Positions 1-6,917 of a stretch of DNA of 19,681 bases are shown one piece after another (positions within the stretch are counted from its first letter, which is position 1; every line of letters begins with the position of its first letter). The stretch covers positions 1 through 19,681 of the forward strand of contig JANPEF010000018.1 in NCBI GenBank assembly GCA_031431875.1, in the 5' to 3' direction. The position numbers and the translations under genes were made by a program. This DNA comes from Candidatus Eiseniibacteriota bacterium. Lineage in GTDB: Bacteria > Eisenbacteria > RBG-16-71-46 > DASYSL01. The notes under the pieces are model-generated. The model saw only the letters and a list, made by a program, of their open reading frames with translations, did no database searches and was not told the origin of the DNA.

Positions 1-246
1 TGCACCGAGTTCACGCTGCGCAGCGAGGTGTTCTCGCCGCTCGAAATCCTGCGCCAGTGCACCTCGACCAATGCCGAGATGATGCAGATGACGGGGCAGA
101 TCGGCTGCGTTGCGCCGGGAGCCCACGCGGATCTGCTGGTCGTCGACGGCGACCCCCTGGCGGACATCGGACTCCTGGCGGCGGACGGCCGGAAGCTGGC
201 CGTCATCGTGCGCGGCGGCGAGGTGGTCAAGAACACGCTGAATTGA
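1..246 (+). CDS. Metal-dependent amidohydrolase family protein, C-terminal part (truncated by window edge)
   Basis: Frame is open from base 1 (CTEFTLRSEVFSPLEILRQCTSTNAEMM...). It contains the amidohydrolase C-terminal signature GCVAPGAHADLLVVDGDPLADI and ends with VIVRGGEVVK. Confidence 0.85.
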   Translation, partial: CTEFTLRSEVFSPLEILRQCTSTNAEMMQMTGQIGCVAPGAHADLLVVDGDPLADIGLLAADGRKLAVIVRGGEVVKNTLN

Positions 247-282
247 GCCTGTGGAGGCGCGATTCCGCGGATCGCGCCGGCT

Positions 283-311
283 TCGACCTCCGGCCCGTTC
301 TGGGCTACATT
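283..311 (+). promoter_or_regulatory. Putative sigma70-type promoter for the FGE-family gene
   Basis: TCGACC (283-288), 17-nt spacer, TACATT (306-311), upstream of GGAGG (353-357) and ATG 363. Confidence 0.4.
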
Positions 312-362
312 GCAGGGCAGGCAATTCTCGAATTGCGGGTTGATGGAAAGGCGGAGGCGGTC

Positions 363-1391
363 ATGGCGGATGCGAAGAAGCCCGGAATCTCGCTCACGGT
401 GGCGGAACCGGACGGGGGAGTGGTCGGGCCGCGCTCGGCCCCCGGCGATGCACCGGGGTCGAACCTCCTGTGGATTCCCGGCGGCACCTTTCGCATGGGA
501 TCCGATGAGCACTATGCCGAGGAGCGACCCGTCCATCGCGTCACGGTGGATGGATTCTGGATGGACCGCTACCCGGTGACCAACGAGCGCTTCGCGAAGT
601 TCGTCGAGGCGACGGGTCACGTCACCTTCGCCGAGATCCCGCCGAAAGCCGAGGACTACCCCGGCGCGCTGCCCGAGATGCTCTACGCCGGCTCGCTCGT
701 CTTCGTGAAGCCCAAGGGCCCGGTCGATCGGCGCAACATCGGCAACTGGTGGCAGTACCTGAAGGGCGCCGACTGGCGTCACCCGCAGGGCCCACAGAGT
801 TCGCTCGAGGGGCGCGCGCAGCATCCGGTCGTCCACATCACGTTCGCCGACGCCGAGGCGTTCGCGAAGTGGGAGGGCAAGGAGCTGCCGACCGAGGCCG
901 AGTGGGAGTTCGCTGCGCGCGGCGGGCGCGACGGCGCGGCTTACGCGTGGGGCGACGACCTCCTGCTCGACGGCAAGCACATGGCGAACACGTGGCAGGG
1001 CGAGTTCCCGTGGGACAACCAGCTCGAGGACGGCTTCGAGGGCACCTCCCCGGTCGGCGCGTTCCCGGCGAGCGGATACGGGCTGCACGACATCATCGGC
1101 AACGTGTGGGAGTGGTCGACCGACTGGTACGTCGCCAACCATCCCGCCGACGAGCAGAAGGCCTGCTGCATCCCGCAGAACCCACGCGGGCCAAAGGCCG
1201 AGGACAGCATCGATCCGCGGCAGCCCGAGATCCCCATCCCGCGCAAGGTCCTCAAGGGCGGATCGCACCTGTGCGCGCCCAACTACTGTCGTCGCTATCG
1301 CCCGGCGGCCCGCTTTCCCGAGCCCGTCGACACCTCGGCGGCGCACGTGAGTTTCCGCTGCATCGTGCGGGTGCCCGCTGCGAGCGCCTGA
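363..1391 (+). CDS. Formylglycine-generating enzyme (FGE-sulfatase/SUMF1) family protein, 342 aa
   Basis: Motifs IPGGTFRMGS, ERPVHRV, VTNERF, HPVVHITFADA, LPTEAEWEFAARGG, YGLHDIIGNVWEW and the catalytic-type core KVLKGGSHLCAPNYCRRYRPAAR with both Cys. Start set at ATG 363 (GGAGG RBS), not the track start at 57. Confidence 0.92.
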   Translation: MADAKKPGISLTVAEPDGGVVGPRSAPGDAPGSNLLWIPGGTFRMGSDEHYAEERPVHRVTVDGFWMDRYPVTNERFAKFVEATGHVTFAEIPPKAEDYPGALPEMLYAGSLVFVKPKGPVDRRNIGNWWQYLKGADWRHPQGPQSSLEGRAQHPVVHITFADAEAFAKWEGKELPTEAEWEFAARGGRDGAAYAWGDDLLLDGKHMANTWQGEFPWDNQLEDGFEGTSPVGAFPASGYGLHDIIGNVWEWSTDWYVANHPADEQKACCIPQNPRGPKAEDSIDPRQPEIPIPRKVLKGGSHLCAPNYCRRYRPAARFPEPVDTSAAHVSFRCIVRVPAASA

Positions 1392-1431
1392 CCTTGCCCG
1401 TCCCGCGCGGATCGGCCGGATTCTGCTGGCC

Positions 1432-1995
1432 GTGGCCATCGCCGGCGCGACTTCGAGCTGCGCCACGCTCTCGCAGGTCGCCGCCCTGCACCAGGTCGAG
1501 TTCCGCCTCGATCGCGTGAGTGGCGCGACGCTCGCCGGAGTCCCGCTCGCCGGCAAGCAGTCCTACGGCGATCTCGGCGCCCTCGACATCGCGCGCCTCG
1601 TCGCCGCGGTGACGACGAAACACGTGCCGCTGGCGATGACAATCCACGTCGAGGGCACGAACCCCGCGAGCAACAGCGTCACGGCCCGCCTCATCCAGAT
1701 GGATTGGACCCTGTTCATCGACGACGTGGAGACCGTCTCGGGCCACCTCGATCGGCAGTTCCAGTTCGCGCCGGGCCAGCCCACCGACGTGCCGATCGTC
1801 GTCGAGCTCGACCTGTGGGAGTTCTTCGGCGGCCGCGCCGAGGACCTGTTCGCGATCGCCATGGGCGCCTCGGGAGCAGGCGGGCGGACGCTCAATCTCG
1901 CGCTCAAGGCCACACCGACCATCGACACGCCTCTCGGTCCGATCCGCTATCCGAGTCCGCTCACGATCGTCCAGCGCGACGTCGTGGCGCGATAG
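1432..1995 (+). CDS. Putative lipoprotein with LEA_2/WHy-like domain (true start probably upstream, possibly 1378)
   Basis: Hydrophobic stretch ending in TSSC, then IHVEGTNP...ARLIQMDWTLFIDDVETVSG...PGQPTDVPIVVELDL, a pattern typical of LEA14/WHy beta-sandwich lipoproteins. GC-rich third codon positions. Confidence 0.7.
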   Translation: MAIAGATSSCATLSQVAALHQVEFRLDRVSGATLAGVPLAGKQSYGDLGALDIARLVAAVTTKHVPLAMTIHVEGTNPASNSVTARLIQMDWTLFIDDVETVSGHLDRQFQFAPGQPTDVPIVVELDLWEFFGGRAEDLFAIAMGASGAGGRTLNLALKATPTIDTPLGPIRYPSPLTIVQRDVVAR

Positions 1996-2109
1996 TCCCC
2001 GCACCCACCTTTGCCGCAATATGTAGAAAGTGCCCCGTACGGTGTCGCATCCCGGCCGAGCGCATTTTCGTAAGCGACGCTCCTCCAATCGGTTAGACAG
2101 CATCGCGAT

Positions 2110-2126
2110 CTGGCACGAACGGTGCG
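2110..2126 (+). promoter_or_regulatory. sigma54 (RpoN) -24/-12 promoter-like element
   Basis: cTGGCACG-AACG-GTGCg has exact GG-N10-GC spacing and one mismatch to TGGCACG-N4-TTGC. It lies about 65 nt upstream of ATG 2190, in the sense orientation. Confidence 0.6.
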
Positions 2127-2189
2127 TTCTCCCGTGGGGAGGCGTGGCGGAATCTCCCCACGCCGAGCGGCCCCAACGAGGAGCAGACC

Positions 2190-3494
2190 ATGGAACCCCG
2201 ACGATGGATGAGTGCAGCACTGGGTACGATCGTTCTGGTGCTCGCCTCGGCGTCGCCGGGCGTGGCGCAGAATTGCCTGATCACCGCGCCGGCCACGGTT
2301 GCGGTCAACGAGTCGTTCACGCTCTGCGGCCCCACGGCGAGCGGCTACACCTTCGAGTGGTACGGCCCCGGCCTGGCCTCGAGCAGCACCGTGCGTTGCA
2401 TCAAGACGACGGGATTCGCCAACGGCGGCTATGAGTTCCTTCTCGTGCGCAGCCGCAACGGCGTCGAAGTGGATCGCTGCGTGAAGGTCGTCAACGTCGG
2501 GGGGAGCACCGGTGGCACGGCTTCGTGTCAGGTCTCGGGACCGAACTCGATCACGGAGGGCTCGAGCGCCACGTTGTGCGCACCCAACGACGGCATTCAT
2601 GAGTACACCTGGACGGGCCCGAACGGGTTCACCGCCACGACCGCGTGCGTGACCGTGTCCAGCGAGGGTACGTTCATGCTGACGAGCCGGAACCGGATCA
2701 CGGGCAGCTCGCGGCAGTGCACGCACCGGCTCGACGTGGTCGGTTCGAACGCGGGGGACATCGGCACGCAGTGCGACATCATTGGTCCGGACGTGCTCCC
2801 CACGGGCGGGACGGCTCGGCTGTGCGCGACGTCGCGTTCGAACACGTCCTATCGCTGGAGCGGTCCCGGCGGCTACACCGCCTCGTCGCGTTGCATCACG
2901 GTCAGTACGGCGGGCAGCTACACGGTGACGCTGCGCAACCTGTCGACGGGAAGCACCGATCGGTGCACGTATCCGCTGGCGAACGACAATTGGAGCGGCC
3001 CGGACGGCGAGGATCCCGACGCCGCGTACTGGGACAACTGTCCTCGCGACCTGCAGTTCTGGCGTGGCGCGATGTCCCAGAAGTCGGCCACCGTGTCCGG
3101 GCTGTCGACCGCCGAGCTTCAATCCGTGGCGCGCGAAGTCGGTCGGCGCTCGACCTATTTCAACTGGTCGAATGACGTGCAGGGCCTGCGCGCAGCACTG
3201 AGTCCCGCGGCGCCGCTGACCCGTCGCAAGCAGATTGCGCGCCAGTACGCCGCGCTCCTGGCCAACGTCTCTGCCGGCGAACTCAGCCTCGGCAACCAGG
3301 GTGACAATGCGATCGGACTCGACTCCGACACGCAGATCGACTTCAAGGGAGCGGGAACGATCGGCGAGCTGATCGCCCTCACCGATCGGTGGCTGCGGGA
3401 AAACCGCGGCAACTACGCCCAGCTCAACGCGGCGCTCAACCAGATCAACCGCGGCCGGGGCATCGGCCCGGTGTGCAACGCGGACGGGCAGTGA
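2190..3494 (+). CDS. Secreted Cys-rich protein with three Ig/PKD-like repeats and a helical C-terminal domain, 434 aa
   Basis: GAGGAG RBS at 2178-2183. Signal peptide MEPRRWMSAALGTIVLVLASASPGVA. Three ~70-80 aa repeats, each with 4 Cys and a W-x-GP motif. Confidence 0.85.
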   Translation: MEPRRWMSAALGTIVLVLASASPGVAQNCLITAPATVAVNESFTLCGPTASGYTFEWYGPGLASSSTVRCIKTTGFANGGYEFLLVRSRNGVEVDRCVKVVNVGGSTGGTASCQVSGPNSITEGSSATLCAPNDGIHEYTWTGPNGFTATTACVTVSSEGTFMLTSRNRITGSSRQCTHRLDVVGSNAGDIGTQCDIIGPDVLPTGGTARLCATSRSNTSYRWSGPGGYTASSRCITVSTAGSYTVTLRNLSTGSTDRCTYPLANDNWSGPDGEDPDAAYWDNCPRDLQFWRGAMSQKSATVSGLSTAELQSVAREVGRRSTYFNWSNDVQGLRAALSPAAPLTRRKQIARQYAALLANVSAGELSLGNQGDNAIGLDSDTQIDFKGAGTIGELIALTDRWLRENRGNYAQLNAALNQINRGRGIGPVCNADGQ

Positions 3495-3556
3495 TGCCAG
3501 GTGCTCCGGGGTGATCCTCTTCCTCGGCATCGATCGGCATCGGAAATCGTAGCCCA

Positions 3557-3587
3557 GCGCCCCGGTGGGTTCGCCCCGCCGGGGCGT
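3557..3587. terminator. GC-rich hairpin between convergent genes (possible bidirectional terminator)
   Basis: GCGCCCCGGTGGG-TTCGC-CCCGCCGGGGCGT between the stops at 3494 (+) and 3597 (-). U-tracts are weak. Confidence 0.5.
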
Positions 3588-3596
3588 TCCTGTCGC

Positions 3597-4568
3597 CTAC
3601 GGTGACGTCATCGTCACGCTGGCGCTGTACCAGATCGCGTCGCGATCGAGGCTGATCGAGTTGAGCTGCGTCTGCACCGCGATCACGCGGCCGTCGACGG
3701 TCAGGCTGTCGGTGACGCCGCCTGGAATGATGAAGGGCCGGATCTTGTTCACCGGGAGCGTGATGTTGAACCCCTTCTCCTGGACGATTCCCTCCAGCAG
3801 CCCGGGGACATTGACCTTGTCGAGCACGAAACCGCACACGCCGTGCTTCTCGGCGAGGATGCTGTCGATGGCGGCCCACGAGGCCTTCGATGGCCGGACG
3901 TGGACGCGCACCCGCGTCTCGGGGAACACCGGCTTGCAGACGATCTGGCCACCGTCGATCGCCACCTTGAGACGACCGCGGACGACGTAGGTCTGCGGGA
4001 TCACGTCGGCCGTCAGGCGGCGAGTGATGTCCATGTCGCCGCACGCGAGGTCGGCGACGTTCTTGCCGTTCCACAGGAAGTGGATCGTGGCCCGGCCGTG
4101 GCCCTGGCTCACTTCCACCGGCAGCGACATGGCGACGACGTTGTCGCCGAAGTCGATCTTCGGCTGGCCCGGCTTCAGTCTTGCGATGACCTCCTCGATG
4201 TCCACGTCGACCACGAACTCACCGATGGTGATGATCTTCTTCACCTTCTTGGCGACGTGGGCCTTGATGCCGCCCAGGCTCAGGGTCGCATTGTCGGCGA
4301 CGTCGGCGAAGACGCGCGCGATCACGCTGCGCAGAAACGACGTCGGAACGCTGATCACGATGTCACCATCAGGCAGCTTCTGCAGGCGCGGGTCCTTGTC
4401 GATCAGGGCGGCTGCATACGACTGCATCGAGTCCTGTTGCGCCTCGAGCCCGGCGATCTCGGCCTTCCACGCCGCGACTTCCTGGTGGGAACTCCGGCGA
4501 GCGCAGCCGGCACCGCCGACGAGCGCCGCGAGCAGCAGCACGGCGAGGAACGGGCGCCCGGCCCTCAT
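3597..4568 (-). CDS. Uncharacterised lipoprotein with N-terminal coiled coil and long beta-strand-rich domain, 323 aa
   Basis: Start [22 protein letters not shown] (lipobox-like) at 4568 overlaps the upstream stop (ATGA). Heptad-like WKAEIAGLEAQQDSMQ follows. Confidence 0.8.
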   Translation of the reverse strand: MRAGRPFLAVLLLAALVGGAGCARRSSHQEVAAWKAEIAGLEAQQDSMQSYAAALIDKDPRLQKLPDGDIVISVPTSFLRSVIARVFADVADNATLSLGGIKAHVAKKVKKIITIGEFVVDVDIEEVIARLKPGQPKIDFGDNVVAMSLPVEVSQGHGRATIHFLWNGKNVADLACGDMDITRRLTADVIPQTYVVRGRLKVAIDGGQIVCKPVFPETRVRVHVRPSKASWAAIDSILAEKHGVCGFVLDKVNVPGLLEGIVQEKGFNITLPVNKIRPFIIPGGVTDSLTVDGRVIAVQTQLNSISLDRDAIWYSASVTMTSP

Positions 4569-5371
4569 GAGCGACCCCCGGCGGGCGGCTTGCGCTGCTT
4601 CTTCTTGACCGAGATGCCGATGCCCTTCTCGGCGCCCCGCACCTGCCCGACCTCGGCGTGGAGCGTCACCCACAGCTTCCCGCCCGCCGCGAGAACCCGT
4701 TCCACCGACAGCTCGAGCGGCACGACGAGCGAGTCGAGCGCGACCGAGCCCTCCTGGATCGCGGGCACGCGGATGTTCTGCGCCAGCGCCACGGGGATCT
4801 GGAGTGTGGGCAGCGCGTCCTGCAGCAGGTCGCGCCCCTTGTCCGCGATGAAGTTCTTCCCGCCCGCGCCGAGCACCCTGTCGAACATGCCCGCGCTGCG
4901 GACCTCGATGCGATCGACGGCGATCGTCACGCTGAGGCGATGCGTCGTGGAGTCGACCGCGATCGCGCCGAGGCCGCCGTGGATTCGCAACGTTGTCTTC
5001 CGCTCGGGCGTCTGCGGCCGGTGGATCTCGCCGTCGAGCGTGATGTAGCCGAACTTGTCGCGCAGCAGCACCGTCGCGCTATCGAGGTGCACGACGAACT
5101 TCTTCCCCAGCGGGCGCTCCAGCGGGAGCTGGAAACGCAGGGCGTCGCCGATGACCTTCTCGTCGATGCCGACGAGGAAGCGCTCGCGGGGGATCAGCGT
5201 GCCCTGCTCGGCCTCGACGATCAGCTCGCGCAGGCCCTGGTTCTGCCGCTCGAGGACCGCTTTCCTGATCAGGTACTCGGTCTCCTCGTTGGAGGCGGAG
5301 CAACCGCCGAGCAGGATCGTCCCCACGAGGAGAAGGGCCATGGCTGCCCGGAGGCGCGAAGACGGATTCAT
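4565..5371 (-). CDS. Uncharacterised lipoprotein with N-terminal coiled coil, 268 aa
   Basis: [24 protein letters not shown] (lipobox LGGC), then [22 protein letters not shown]. Basic C-terminus. Coupled to the next gene by a 4-bp overlap. Confidence 0.82.
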   Translation of the reverse strand: MNPSSRLRAAMALLLVGTILLGGCSASNEETEYLIRKAVLERQNQGLRELIVEAEQGTLIPRERFLVGIDEKVIGDALRFQLPLERPLGKKFVVHLDSATVLLRDKFGYITLDGEIHRPQTPERKTTLRIHGGLGAIAVDSTTHRLSVTIAVDRIEVRSAGMFDRVLGAGGKNFIADKGRDLLQDALPTLQIPVALAQNIRVPAIQEGSVALDSLVVPLELSVERVLAAGGKLWVTLHAEVGQVRGAEKGIGISVKKKQRKPPAGGRS

Positions 5372-5454
5372 GGCCGCATGGTAGTCGCAATATCCACCGG
5401 GGGCTACACTGCCCCCGCAACGCGGTTCGACACTTCCGTCCTGCGAGAGGAGAC

Positions 5455-5832
5455 ATGAGCATGGAACTCGGTGCGTTTTCGATCAGCCTCACCGTCAAGG
5501 ACCTCGCGGCATCCCGGGCGTTCTACGAGAAGTTCGACTTCAAGAGCTTCGCTGGGAACGCCGCACAGAACTGGCTGATCCTCAAGAACGGCGACCACAT
5601 CATCGGCCTGTTCCAGGGCATGTTCGAGAAGAACATGCTCACCTTCAATCCCGGCTGGGACCAGGACGCGCAGAAGCTCGCCTCGTTCACCGACGTCCGC
5701 GAGCTGCAGCGCACGCTCAAGGCCCAGGGGATCACGTTCACGAGCGAGGCCGACGAAACGACCACCGGGCCCGCGAGTTTCGTCGTGGTCGATCCCGACG
5801 GGAACCCCGTCCTCGTGGACCAGCACGTCTGA
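5455..5832 (+). CDS. VOC/glyoxalase family protein, 125 aa
   Basis: GAGGAG RBS. Has [19 protein letters not shown] at the N-terminus and [20 protein letters not shown] at the C-terminus, the standard VOC motifs. Confidence 0.92.
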   Translation: MSMELGAFSISLTVKDLAASRAFYEKFDFKSFAGNAAQNWLILKNGDHIIGLFQGMFEKNMLTFNPGWDQDAQKLASFTDVRELQRTLKAQGITFTSEADETTTGPASFVVVDPDGNPVLVDQHV

Positions 5833-5842
5833 CAGAAAGCCC

Positions 5843-5871
5843 TTGCCAGCACGGGTATTCGCGGGCAAAAT
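5843..5871 (+). promoter_or_regulatory. Possible sigma70-type promoter for 5991
   Basis: TTGCCA, 17-nt spacer, CAAAAT. The -10 lacks its first T. Confidence 0.3.
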
Positions 5872-5990
5872 CGGCGCTCCTGTGCGACTGGCAGTCTCCG
5901 GGAGGGGCAGGCAGCGAGCCCCGAGATTCCACGCTGATCCGCGCCAGCCGCTGATCCGAAGCATTCCATCGTCATGGAGGAGGCATCCAA

Positions 5991-6788
5991 GTGCGCAATC
6001 TGCTACTCGCTATCGTGTTTACCGCCGTCGCCGTCGCCCCGGTTCGGGCCGACGAGATCTTCGGCGGCGATCTTCAGGTCGTCGAGGAGTTCGCGATCGG
6101 CACGCCCGGGACGATGGAGCCCGCGGTGCTGGTCTCGGACTACTCGAACGTGAGCAACTTCCTCGGCCAGGGCTTCATCAACGGCGGGTCCGCGCTGCAG
6201 GGCACCAACACCATCACCCGCCTCGTTGCCGATGACCTGACGCCCACCGGCGTCCATGCTGGATTGTCGATCACGCAGTTCAAGTTCAGCATGGCCAACT
6301 TCAACCAGACGACCGTGAGCACTCGTCCGCGCGTCCGCTTCTGGTTCGCCGACGGCGCCGCCGGTGCTCCGGGCACGTACTACAACCTGCCCGCCGCAGT
6401 CGGCTTCTCGTTCAACCCGATCGCCATCGGACCCGGCGTGACGGTCGTCACCGCCACCCTCGCTCCCGGCCAGTTCTTCATGCCGGGTGTGCCATTCTGG
6501 GCCGGCATCACGTTCGACAACAACAACGGGGCCACGGGCGCCACGGCGGCGCAGCTCGACCTGATCGGCCAGGGCATCTTCGACCCGGCGGATATCGGCA
6601 GCAGCGGCGACCAGTTCTGGGTCTCGACAGGTGCTGGCAGCCTCTTCAACCTGGCCAACCCGGCGGGTTCCCTGGGCAACCTGGGCGGCGCCCCGCCGGC
6701 CAGCTTCGGCTGGGAGTTCACCGTCGATGCGCCGGTCCCGGTCAATCAGACGAGCTGGGGCCGCGTGAAGTCGCAGTACAAGAACTAG
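5991..6788 (+). CDS. Secreted protein of unknown function with C-terminal SWGxVK tail, 265 aa
   Basis: Strong GGAGGAGG RBS before the GTG start. Signal peptide MRNLLLAIVFTAVAVAPVRA. G/T/N/F-rich mature domain ending VPVNQTSWGRVKSQYKN. Confidence 0.88.
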   Translation: MRNLLLAIVFTAVAVAPVRADEIFGGDLQVVEEFAIGTPGTMEPAVLVSDYSNVSNFLGQGFINGGSALQGTNTITRLVADDLTPTGVHAGLSITQFKFSMANFNQTTVSTRPRVRFWFADGAAGAPGTYYNLPAAVGFSFNPIAIGPGVTVVTATLAPGQFFMPGVPFWAGITFDNNNGATGATAAQLDLIGQGIFDPADIGSSGDQFWVSTGAGSLFNLANPAGSLGNLGGAPPASFGWEFTVDAPVPVNQTSWGRVKSQYKN

Positions 6789-6819
6789 TCGATCGCATTG
6801 TCGCAGGCGTCTCAACAAC

Positions 6820-6852
6820 GGGCCGCTTCCCCTCGGGGAGGCGGCCCTTGAT
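6820..6852 (+). terminator. Intrinsic terminator-like hairpin
   Basis: GGGCCGCTTCCC-CTCG-GGGAGGCGGCCC (12 bp with one G-U) followed by TTGAT, about 30 nt after stop 6788. Confidence 0.65.
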
Positions 6853-6917
6853 GTCGGAGTCGCAGGAGGACTCGACGCCTCCATGCAGTGATCCGCCGGA
6901 TAGGCTAGATTCCCCGC

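Noticed and set aside
1947..5048. Long ORFs 1947-3530 (-) and 3843-5048 (+)
   Set aside because: Antisense to genes that have signal peptides and coherent architecture.
6735..6788. WGxxK tails read as PEP-CTERM, LPXTG or BAM beta-signal
   Set aside because: No TM helix or basic cluster, no terminal aromatic residue, and the passengers do not look like beta-barrels.
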